A stretch of 64,000 nt of DNA, taken from the NCBI GenBank assembly GCA_015680685.1, contig MNCI01000751.1, positions 124,001 to 188,000 of the forward strand, read 5' to 3'. The position numbers and the translations under genes are program-made. This document shows positions 35,501-47,488 of this stretch, piece by piece (positions within the stretch are counted from its first letter, which is position 1; each line of letters starts with the position of its first letter). Origin of the DNA: Gnetum montanum (taxonomy: Eukaryota > Plantae > Gnetophyta). Under the pieces are notes generated by a model that worked only from the letters and a program-made list of their open reading frames with translations, was not told where the DNA came from and searched no databases.

Positions 35501-38500
35501 TATATTAAGGGACTCCTACGATCAAAGAATTTCCTAGGAAGGTGGCCGGCCTTGATCTAATTAGTAACAACATGTGTTAACATGACCGTATACGTTGAAT
35601 GCGGTGTTAAGTTCAAAGGGGGCTCTAAAGCTTTAGTTGATACGGAGGCATCCAAGGACTCAACCGCTTGGGATTGCAAGGGCTTGGTTGAATTGTTGGT
35701 TTTGAAGAAAGCTCTTTTCTTCATACGATTGTTAGAACCAACAGTAGGTTGAGGATTAACAGCCCTTGTGGCATTGTGTTGTTGTGGCTGAGTAGGGAGT
35801 TCACCTTGCATTGCTAGAGTAGGTGGTAATGGAGCTATTGGTGGGAGAGACGCGGTCAAATTGGAAGGATGGTATACTTGTGGAATGTCACCCCTAGGAG
35901 AGGGAGTCCTATAGTACTCGTGGGCTTGGTAGTGGTGTTGGGTAGTAATGTGACCAACAGAGTCACGTGGAGAAATTGGATGCTGCACGTAATATCCATA
36001 TGGGTCAGGTTGCCGGTAAGGATATTGTTGCCTTGGTGGTGGCATTCCCCATGATTGTGGGTGTTGGCACTGTTCATGTTGCTCAATTGGTTGTGGTGGA
36101 GTTCCACTTGGATAATATGTTAAAGGTTGGTGGAACTACCTTGGGGATAAGGTAACCGCTGAGATGTTTTCCGTTTGTTTAAACGTGGATTAAGTGCATA
36201 CACCCCAAACTCTTGCAAATGTGAGATCACAGGGAAAAGCCCCTTAGGATGGTCGTATTAATAGATCTTGCGTCCACTATCATCATCTGTATATGAGTCC
36301 ACAACTTCTTCAATAATAGCAACCTTTCCCTTACCCTTGTTACGTGCATTTTTTGCTTCTCTCTTTTTCCTTTTGTCATGATCGCTACCTCGCTCCCTAG
36401 ACTCCTCTACTACTTTGAGAATAGTTTGAAACCTACTATCTAGAGAGTCCCACATTTGGTTTACCTTTGCCAATACTTCTGGTGCTAACTTTTGAATAGG
36501 CAAGGTTTTCCTATTCACCATCTCTTCAAGTGATGACTCTTCCTCATCGTCACAAAATCTTACTTCCTTCTTTCGGAGGGAAGGATCTTGGTTATATTCT
36601 TCTACACTCTTTTTTTTTGTAGCTCACTTTCTTCCTTGGCTACTTGCTCTAGTAGCCTATGAATTTAATGGGACCTAAGCTCAAATAACCTCCCTTGGGC
36701 ATAAGTCCCAAGTTCTTCTCATTTCATGCCCAAGCCCATCTACGAGATGGTGTAGTTGATCTCGCTGCGAATAACCATGGTCAGGACAACGATGTAAAAG
36801 TGCATAATAGCGGCCCATGGCAGCATCCAAGGGTTCATGACTTCCTTGTTTCCATCCTTGGATTTGCTTTCACAAGTTGGACACTCGAGAGTACATTTGG
36901 TACTTATCGTTGAACAATTCTAACATCGTACTCCACCTACGAATGGATTCTGGTTCTAAGGACCGGTACTAGCTTTCAACTTCTTTTATTAGTGTCCATG
37001 GGAACAACTTAAGTTTTTGCCACTCATTTTCTATGTTTTGCAAGGCACACGCATTGTGAAATTCTTGTAAGTGATTTTGAGGATCAGCGTTATATCCTCC
37101 TTCAAATCATGGGATGTTATTCATGTCTAACCTCTTGATCCTACTATCTTTTTGGTGCCTTGTTGGAACTCTCACAACCTTATTAATATCTAGCATGCTT
37201 CACATGGTGAGTAGGGGTTCATCTTGATCATCTCATTTGAAGGTGTCTATGGTGCCTATGCGTTTTCCTACTCTTCCTTCTTCTATAGCGTGATTCCCTA
37301 GAGTGCCCTCGTCCTCTATCTTGGTTGTCTCATCTGTGACTTCCACTTTGTTTGCCATTATCCTCATGATTTGTTTCTCTATGGCTATGTATAGACATAG
37401 GAGAAGAGGGTAAAGGAGACAATGAAGGTGAAGAAGAAGGAGAACCACCCCCATGATGGTGTCTACTACCTTCTCTTCGGTGGTCTCTGCCTCGGTCGCG
37501 ATTGCGATCTGAATGCCCACCTTTGTCATGGATCTTTGTTCCTTTTTTAGACGCTTTGTGTCCATTGGTATCAGCACCTAGGTTGTGAATGGTGGAATGA
37601 AGGTTCTGATACATATCCCCTTGGCCAAAGTCAAGGGGAGGAACATCGTTATGTGGGTGATTGCCTAAGGCAGGTTCATCACCCTCAATTTCGCTTAAAA
37701 CGTGGGGGGTAGCCTTAGACCATTTTCCCTTCAAGGACTTATGGTGTCTCTCTTATTGCAAATCCATTTGATGTTGCACTTCTGTGGGATGGTAGTCTCT
37801 CGAATCATAGTCCTACGCAATGTACTCTGTGTGTAAGTGTTGCATGCCTATTCGTGTGAGAGCACGAAGAAGCATACTTGGAACTGAATGGTCAGGAGGT
37901 AACACTATGTTACCTTCCAAGTCACACCAACGCAGCTATTTGTCTTGGTGGAGAATAAAGGTGAAGTCAAGTACATATTCATCAGGATGAACATATACCA
38001 CATAAAACTGTTGAGGAATTGGCCAATCAACGTCATGTGTATCTTGTCGCCGATTGCTTCTTGTGTTAGTCCTAGGCGGTGAAGTGCTTTTGTGCAAAGA
38101 AAAAGACATTTTGTCTTGTTCAGTGTGCAACGTACTATTATCTTTTTCTTAATCAACCCTAATGGTTCGTTCCAATGATGTAAATGATTTCCTAAGTTCT
38201 ACTTAGCGCANNNNNNNNNNNNNNNNNNNNNNNNNNNNNNNNNNNNNNNNNNNNNNNNNNNNNNNNNNNNNNNNNNNNNNNNNNNNNNNNNNNNNNNNNN
38301 NNNNNNNNNNNNNNNNNNNNNNNNNNNNNNNNNNNNNNNNNNNNNNNNNNNNNNNNNNNNNNNNNNNNNNNNNNNNNNNNNNNNNNNNNNNNNNNACCAA
38401 ACACTAATCATTACTAGGTTACCAAGCACTACACGCATGCTTGAAGTGGTTGTACTGAGTGTATTTAACTAAAAGAGTTGTAAGGTGAGAGAGATCATTA

Positions 38501-38842
38501 ATTAACTAGGAAAGCATTAAATAATAATTAACACTAATTAATCTATTCTATATGTTTTAGGTTTATCATAAAGTTTGTCTTTATTGTCGTACACAAAGTG
38601 TGCTCAGGTATACAATGCTCAAATAAAGATCCGTTCACTCTATGACTCCTACTGTGGGCATGCAGAAATAATTCTAACTTTGGAGGGAAAAAATGGCAAG
38701 AGTTTGGCTAAGAGACTAACTTCTAACTATGGAAACTAAGGGTGTCGCCTCTTATTTATAGGCAAGGAGATAGGCCGCAATATTGGGTATTTGATATTGC
38801 ATGGTTGATCCAATATCGCGACTGCGATATCACGGTTTATCA
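29573..38842 (-). mobile_element. Full-length decayed Athila-like Ty3/gypsy element; 3' LTR 29573-30374, 5' LTR visible 38396-38842
   Basis: TSD GTGAT on both sides; TG...CA LTR ends; PPT ATGGGGGTA; RT YPIADSEWVSPLVIVPKKGGKWRVCIDF; RNase H DASNYALG...NYTTTEKEL; integrase FDIWGIDFMGP and YHPQENGQAE. Confidence 0.93.
30533..31090 (-). pseudogene. Candidate env-like / extra ORF between pol and the 3' LTR
   Basis: Frame of ORF 30736..30951 continues past a single TAG to TGA at 30533; contains hydrophobic LVAWLWITTEGAILALAATCLLLSLSF. Confidence 0.4.
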
Positions 38843-39266
38843 GTGATGATGCTTGTAGTAATAATTGGCAAGCAGCACTAGCATGAGGGTGTAGATCAGT
38901 TGGTGATGAAATATCCTAGAGGTAGTCATGGATTAACATCCACTATGATGCATGAGTAAGGCTCTTGTCTCAAGCCTCATCCTAGGAGTTGAAGAGCATA
39001 TATGTGTTTGTTCCTATGATTAGTACATAGCATAGATGTGTTTGTCCCTATGATTAGTACATGGCATAGGTGTGTACATTCCTATAGCTAGTCCTCCAAA
39101 AGGCTAGTGGTTCCAAGTCATAGGTTGATGAACCCTAGCATCAATTAAGTAAATAAAAGCTTGAAAAAAGACCTATAAGTAAAGAATTCATTATGAGTCC
39201 TTATGGCAATGTTACACTTACTACACTAAGTGCGGATATGCTAGCAACCATATGGGTTATGTGTTT

Positions 39267-39891
39267 ATGTTGGTATAATGACCACATGGGTTATGTGTTA
39301 TGTGTATATGTTGGTATAATGACCACATGGGTTATGTGTTATGTGTATATGTTGGTATAATGACCACATGGGTTATGTGTTATGTGTATATGTTGGTATA
39401 ATGACCACATGGGTTATGTGTTATGTGTATATGTTGGTATAATGACCACATGGGTTATGTGTTATGTGTATATGTTGGTATAATGACCACATGGGTTATG
39501 TGTTATGTGTATATGTTGGTATAATGACCACATGGGTTATGTGTTATGTGTATATGTTGGTATAATGACCACATGGGTTATGTGTTATGTGTATATGTTG
39601 GTATAATGACCACATGGGTTATGTGTTATGTGTATATGTTGGTATAATGACCACATGGGTTATGTGTTATGTGTATATGTTGGTATAATGACCACATGGG
39701 TTATGTGTTATGTGTATATGTTGGTATAATGACCACATGGGTTATGTGTTATGTGTATATGTTGGTATAATGACCACATGGGTTATGTGTTATGTGTATA
39801 TGTTGGTATAATGACCACATGGGTTATGTGTTATGTGTATATGTTGGTATAATGACCACATGGGTTATGTGTTATGTGTATATGTTGGTAT
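39267..39891. repeat. Perfect tandem array of a 41-bp unit, about 15 copies
   Basis: Unit GTTGGTATAATGACCACATGGGTTATGTGTTATGTGTATAT; GACCAC every 41 bp from 39280 to 39854. Confidence 0.97.
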
Positions 39892-40699
39892 TACTTTGTG
39901 AGTCATAGCAATGAAATATATCTTGTGATTGATCTAATAATGTGTGGTCTATGTGATAATTAATGGTGGTATTGATACAAATGCATGGATATGATAGTGG
40001 AAATGCATGTGTTGTTATAGAAATGTAGTTAATTATGCCTAACAGTGATTATATTTGTGACCATGTGTTAGCTATCTATTCACTTTAGTAGGGATTTTGT
40101 TAATATTGTGTGTGATATTGTATATGCATGTATTGCTTTGAGTGCATGCAAAACTAACTGTTGATGCAGGTTGCTTTGTACCCCATTCCTCTTCTCTAAT
40201 GCAAGACTTGTTGGCTATCTGGTAGAGGAAGTGTAAAGGATTTTCACTTAGTTTTATACTAAATTTATTTATTTATAGGTGAAAACATTGAGAGGGCTAA
40301 GAAGAGGGATGTCTACAAGGATTATTTAATGTATATTTCCATGTATAGATATATAGTTTTTTGTGGATTATTCATATTTGCATAATCCTCATAGTACTCT
40401 TATATATATGATGTAATGTTTTTGTATACCACAAGAGCAATACAACATTTTAGTTATGTTGAGTTATGTAGTTTTATAGATTGGTGTGTATGCTTAGTTT
40501 GTGGTTTGGTATGGATTTTTGTATAGTTTGATCTCGTGTGTGTTGTGCACATGTATGCATGTGTGTGTATGAAGTGCTTTATTCTTAATGTTTTTCTCTG
40601 CATAGTGGATTCTTTATTTGTCATGTTTCTATTATGTTATTACTAACAATTATAGACATTACTTCAACCTAGCCAGGTGCATTTGGGTGGGGTGTTACA

Positions 40700-41440
40700 A
40701 TTTTTTCCTATGTCTTCTTTGTTCTTCCTTTTGATGGATTTCTCAAAATAATGATGTAGCAAATTTTTTTAGGCTTATTATTTGATCTTCTTTACACATG
40801 TCCAACCCATCTAAGCCACCATTCTTATAACTTATCTAAAATAAAAACCACTCCAAGTCTTCCTCTAATGTCAATATTATGTATTTTATCTCTTTTAGTA
40901 ACATTCAACATCCATTGAAGCATTCACATTTTTACCACATTAATTTGTTATTCTTGCCTCTTTTGTACTACCCAATATTCAATACCATTTAAGATAGTAG
41001 GCTTGATTATTGTCCTATAAAATTTTCCCTTTAGTTTTATTAGTACTTTTATCACTTAGAATGCCACTAGCCTACCTCCATTTTAATCATCCTACCTCAA
41101 TTCTATTTCTTATATCTTTATCAATTTTACTATGTGATTGGAGGATTGATCCTAGGTGGCAAAACTATTTGTAGTAAGGGACTTTTCAGCCTTGAATTAT
41201 TACTTCTATTTCATCACTATTTATGCTATTATTAAAATTGCATTTTGTATATTATGTCTTACTTTTGTTAATTTTTAATCCTGTTGATTTTAGAGCATTT
41301 CTCCACTTCTCCATTTTAGAAGTAATATTTTCTTAAGCTATATCCATCCACACAATATCATCTACAAATAGCAAACACCAAGGGATTTCATCTTGTATTT
41401 TCTTTATTAATTCATATATAATAATGACAAATAATCCATG
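40700..41440 (-). mobile_element. RTE LINE RT fragment
   Basis: PWCLLFVDDIV and LRWVGH motifs on the minus strand; homologous to the RTE at 24000-24760. Confidence 0.8.
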
Positions 41441-42772
41441 AAATTTGGCAAGGTTATACATGGGTCATCCTCTTGAATAACAATTAATTTTCTTCTTTTG
41501 ATTTTCCAAAAGTATCAATTATAAAGTTATACATATGAGTAGGTATCCTAATATTGGAAAGTTTTTTATTGCCTCGTTATTTTTTGTGTTTTTTGCTAAG
41601 TGTTAAGCATTTGATGTACTCTAAATATTTTTTTTGTTTATTATTAATTGTATTTTTAAGATCCAACGACTTCTCCTTTACGTACACTTATAATTAAATT
41701 ACCCCTTCTCCTCTCCCCACTTCTCAAAACCATAATAACAATAATAATAGTATTGCTTATTTGTTTAGAGCATGTGGTTTATAGTTTTGAAAGTTGTATG
41801 TTGGATCCTACAATGAGTTTGAATACCATTAAATATTATGTCAATATAAATTGATTAACATGGACCAAATTTCACATCACCTTGGTTGTATAAAATTATT
41901 AAGCACAATATCATAAAAGGCATCATGTGAGAAGGGCTAGGGATTTATGTTGAAACCCCAAAATAATTGTCATATAGGTACACCCTAATATATATGGTCC
42001 AATTAAAACTTTACAGCTAAACATTACTTACTAGAATTGAACCCATGACGTTGGATTCTTATATACATATATTTTAAGAATTATAGTAATGTTTTGAGCT
42101 TAATGGGTATTGGCACTAGTTCTTTTAGGATATTCAACTTTCCTCAATCAACATTTTCTTCTTGGATATACCCAATTTGGGAAAGTTTTGATGTACCACT
42201 ACCATTTCATCCAATTTATCCACATAATAACTAGTGAACTACTCTATGGGTTCCATGCATATTTTGAACTTTACCTTTTATACTACTACTAGTCATTGGG
42301 TGCCTTGTTATTTTGTGGTTTTTATGTACATGCATTATTTTATACACACCTATTTAGTATAATTACTACATGATTAAGATGGTAGCCTTTTTAATAATCT
42401 AGACTTTCTGTACACAATTACATTTTATATCATTATGCAAAATGCATGGAACTTTTTTCCTCACTATTATGTCATGGTCATTTTCCTTAGTAATCACTAA
42501 GGAGAGATCTCTAATGTCCAGCTTAGCATCAATATTTCTAAGTCATACTCTTACATTGATAATTGAAAATTTAACCTTATTATTCCCCACGTGGATCATC
42601 AAGAAGTTTGTGGTGTAAGACTACCCCCTAAGAGTGGTTACCACATCTTCAACTTATCTAGTGGAACTGTGACAAATTTTTCAACAAGCTCTAATTTGAT
42701 GTTACTTTTTTTAGAGGGGGAAATTTCTAGAACTTGTGCATTCTTGGAAAATAAGGTTTACATCTAAGCTTG

Positions 42773-43494
42773 TGATGAGATGCGGTTCACATAGGCTGCG
42801 ATATCGCGTACGCGATATCGCATCTTTCCCTATGATATCGTGTACGCGATATCGCAGTCCGTCGCCATGTTTATAAATAAGAGGTGGCTCTCCCTCATTC
42901 GGGGGATCCTAGTTTTAGAGTAGCAAAGCTCTGGCAGTTTGATCCCTCCAGAGTTAGATTTTTTCCCGTGTCTGCCCGTAGTGTGGTGAATGTAATTGTA
43001 CGGTGTCTTTATTCGAGTGTGCTGTACTTGGACACGTACATGACCGGCAATAAAGATCGAGATTACTTCATCATTGCATCATTCACTTAGTTTATTTATT
43101 TGTTATTTATTTAATGTTATTTATTTCTTTCATAGCACGGTGTAAGTACGACTTGACTACGAGCATCTACGGATGTGTACAGCTAGTTAAGNAGATTGCT
43201 CATCGCACTAAGGCTAGATTAGATTTTCTTACCCTTTCCCTCTTAGCTTAGATCAGTTAATATTATTTTCCACTACCTTCAGGAGTAGCATAGAGTTAGG
43301 AACACATCATATGCCTCATCTAGACTAAACCATACGTGACATATGCAAAACTAGTCTAGATGGGAAGACAGCGAACTGCGACCTAAGGCTAACTATCTAG
43401 GTGCCACAACTAGTCCATCTACGGAGTTCGACCGGATCGCGCGTGCGACGCTCATTTCATATGGTTGAGTGTAGGGGTACCTCCCCACTCATCA
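42773..43494 (+). mobile_element. Solo LTR of the Athila-like family, CpG-rich (young)
   Basis: TGATGAG...CTCATCA; perfect TSD GCTTG; shares ATATGGTTGAG..TAGGGGTACCT with the LTR at 29573. Confidence 0.92.
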
Positions 43495-43499
43495 GCTTG

Positions 43500-45310
43500 T
43501 GTCAAGAAAAACTTTGCATAGGAAATTTTGAGTAATTATAAAATAAATTAATGAACTTCCAAGATACATCCTCTTCTTTGGAAGTGCTTTCACTTTACCT
43601 CAATTGGTTATTGCATAGGTAAGAATGATAGTCTTCACATTAGGTTTTGAGGAGATGGGCATTGCTTGTGGTAACTTTAAGGTGATTGGGTGATGACTAG
43701 AGCTACTACCTGTGGGTCTTGCATTTATCTAGGTGGGCTAATGGGTCTACTAGCTCCATCAACATGTGTTGAAACTATCTAAAAGAGAAAATTTTCCCTA
43801 GGCTTGTGCTTAGACCTACTAGCTCCATCTTCAATTTAAAGTTTTAATAGTGAAAATGACATTTTTCTAATGAGGCTGTAGTGACAACTCTTCCTACACA
43901 AACAATGGTGGCATAGGTAAAAGTGTGTTATAAGATTGGTGTGAGGGTTTACGCAAGGCATAGAATGGTCAATGCATGGAGTAGAAGGATAGTAACATTA
44001 AGGAGGGTAGAAGGAGTGTAACTAGCATGAGCAACTAGACCCTTAGGTGAGATTGATTATTGGACATAATAACCATAAGAATCTAGTTGGTGATACAGGT
44101 ACTACTACCTTGGTGGTGACATACTCCACAACTATGGGGTTTACCACTACTAATGATACTACTCTTTAGGTTGAGGAGTTACTCCACTCAAATAGTATTA
44201 TAATTAAGATTTTTGCCTATAATTACCTTATTGGTAAGGTAACCTTATAGACATTTTCTTCTTAACAAATTTTGGGTTTAGCACATATGCTCTTGATTCT
44301 TTCATAGAAGTAATCATATATGAATAAATGTTTTTGATTGATAAATACTTTAAGATCCTAACAATGATTCTATAGAATGCTAACTCACTAAACCACTAGC
44401 ACCATCATTGTCAATGATACCAAACAATGAGCAATGAGCATGTGCAATGTTCGATCATATGATTTACAAGCATCATAGTAGACTATATCATGATCCATGG
44501 ATGAACTAGTGTTAAGTGTTTAATTTGTTAGATGATCGCAAGTCACTATCTTATTACATAGGCCCATAGTGGTTCTTAAATTCATATGGTTAGGCTTAGG
44601 TGAGGCATATGATTGATGATGTTGTTATGGCCATATTATAATCTATATAAAATAATTTTTTTTCTATTTATTTATTTGCATAAAGTTAATCCTATGCTAG
44701 CCTAGGGCAATAGTGTTTATCTCTAACTCATTGTCACATTTCTAGATATGTGCACTAATTGCTAAGTTAGCAAGCAATATCTTTATTAGGTGTACCAAGA
44801 AAATTGCTACTAGAATTACTAAGCTAATATATGTTAATGCTTGAAGTTAGATTATGTTCATTATGTTATTAAATTATTATGTGACAAAATGTATATATTA
44901 TGGTATGAAAATAATAATAAACTAAGGAATTTAAATGCATAAAATAGTAAAGTCTAATCTAAGTCAAAGTGGTACAATGAAAAAGAAGTCATCTGTATCA
45001 TTATTTTCATCATGAATGTATTTTAATAATATCCACTCAAATAAAAACATTAGATAATGGACTCAAATTTAGGTTGCAGTCACTTCTTGAGTGTTATAGA
45101 GAATTGGGAATTAAATTGACAACATCTAATTATTATGTGATAGAATGATGGCATAATTGTGATTGGTGAGTGTGTACTTATAGGCAAAACTAACTAGGAG
45201 ATGTCATGTTAGTGATGTAACATCAACAACTATGGTGTCACTGATTGGACATTACATTTACAATATATCAACTACAATGCCACATTTGTAATATATCAAC
45301 CCTAATGTTA
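43500..45310 (-). mobile_element. Old Athila-like remnant: gag fragment plus LTR from about 44425
   Basis: GTGAGGCATATGATTGATGATGTTGTT is the reverse complement of a conserved family LTR motif; decayed PBS near 44405-44423; boundaries approximate. Confidence 0.5.
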
Positions 45311-47488
45311 TTAATGCAATGTTATAGCTAATCCTAGTTGATATTTTATTATTTATTACTTTTTCTTTGATTTCTTATCTCTTTCATGTATAGGATAAGT
45401 GGGTATTTTCTTTTTTGTTTTGTATTTATGCATTGTTGTTTCACCATGCAGTGAGACTCTTTTGAAGTATTGCCATGTTTTTGTAGCTTGGAACCATTTA
45501 GTCAACACATAGTCAAGTGTTTCTATGATGAATAAAGCTCATTGATTTTCTTTAATGTTCTAAGCATGTTCTAATAGATTATGATGATGACAACTATTAA
45601 TTAATTAATTAATTATATTTATAAATTATGGTTAATTTAATTTTCTTAGTTAGATGGATTAGCCTAGCCTTGTAAAGCTTGCAACAATTGTACATTACTT
45701 GAGAAGGTCATATTTATCTAGAATGATGTTTGACTAATGAGCATGCAACTAATGAGTCATTTATTTGCTTTTAGTATATGAGGTGCTATACCTATCTAAT
45801 AAGGGATTATGATGCAAGTATGCATGTGTAACATTACACCTATCTCATAAGGGATTTCAACATGAGTGCATAGTTTATTGCATTTAACATGTAAGACTTG
45901 CACCTATCTTACAAGGGATTCTAGTAAGTGTGATGCATTTAGTATTTTATTCTTCATTTAAATATACATAAAAATTAATAAAATTATAAAAACTATAAAT
46001 ATTCATCTATTTCACCATGGCAACACAGGATATTTTGTATTATATGTACTAAATGTATCATACCATTTTTTGAGATATAATTATAATACATAGAAATTGT
46101 ATAATTTACTTATGTATCTTCTTTAATTTTAATGATCAAATTGCTATGCTTTTTGAATGATACAATTCTTATGATCTTGGTTGAAGAGAGCTTCTATCAC
46201 TTCTATCTATATTTTTCAAACCAATTTTCCATCTTTTCAATGGATAGCACATTAGTTTCAAGTGGTTCTCCCTGAAATTGTTGGGAAAGTGATAATTACC
46301 TATCTCATCCATCACTTCCAAGCTTCTCTATTATTATCTCATTTACTATTTTAGAAACACATAAATTAGTTAGATTACTTTCATCATTCATTATGATTTC
46401 AATAAGCCTTAGCATTGCTTTTCCTTTTCCTTCTTTTTCTATAATAGTCTTACTTCCTTACTCCTGATTAATTTCTTTGAGAGTAGGAAGCCATTTTTTT
46501 GAAGATTCACCCTCTTTCACTTCCAACTTAACATCTCTAATCATTTTCAATTTTTTAATTTTAATTTAAACATAATACTAGCATCTTATTCTTTACTTTC
46601 TTTTAGCAAAACATATTACATTATAAATCAATCTTGATTTAACTAAGTCCAATTTGGTCCTTTTAACATTATTAATTACATGTTGCTTTTTTAGTTATGG
46701 TAGACCCTCAAGAGTAAACAATTCTTTCATTTTTCTTTCTAACTATCCTTTCTTAATCATTCCTCTACTTTTTTTTATAATTGATTCTGTTTCACGCTTT
46801 GCATCTCTTACCATGATATGCTTCAATCTAGGAATACTATTAGCAATGGATGAACTAAATTCATCATGTGTCTCAAATGTAGTGTCTTGTGGTTCATGAA
46901 TAGCTATAATAAAATCCATAATTAACTTAGTAAATACTAACAAAGTGTGAATGAAAATTATATTTCATCAATTAGTTGTTTTCCTTTGAAGCTTTAGGCT
47001 AATAAGTTAGCTATGAACTTTAAAATTTCATAGTAAAACCTAAAAGTAATGGAGTGTCCTGCACATTCTTTAAAGAATAGTATGTTAATATGTTCTTGAA
47101 CCCAAAATGTGTTTAGCCTACTCAAAGCTATCATCATGTTGTATATGATGTAGAGGGATCTTCCTTTAATTATCTAAGTTTATTCCAACTTGTTTGGGAA
47201 TAATAATTGAATGAGCAACGAGTAGAAAATCTTTAGATCTTATTATTACAATATCTAATGATATTATTATCATCAAGTTACATCCATTCTGTAATAACTC
47301 TTCTCTTTACATCATTTAGTTTAGAAATGTAAACTTCTTCACCATGCTCTGGGAGACTGAACTAGAATTTCAAGCTATGGGTTTTCTAATTCAATACTAT
47401 CATTTTTTCTTCAACCTTCATAATAAATAGGGTCTTATTTGCATTAAAACCATTGATCTCAACTACAAAATTTGTTTTAGAAGATGTT

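Larger units (their letters stand above)
29035..40699 (+). mobile_element. Large Tekay/Del-like LTR (start probably hidden in the gap), split by the Athila-like insertion
   Basis: Ends GGGTGGGGTGTTACA at 40699; TG-rich LTR-like composition on both sides of the GTGAT TSD; no PBS follows. Confidence 0.55.

Noticed and set aside
39267-39891. CRISPR-like array
   Set aside because: The units are identical and contiguous with no unique spacers, the context is eukaryotic, and there are no cas genes. It is a minisatellite.
45789-45920. CRISPR-like repeat-spacer pattern
   Set aside because: Only three degenerate copies with unequal spacing, inside plant retroelement DNA.
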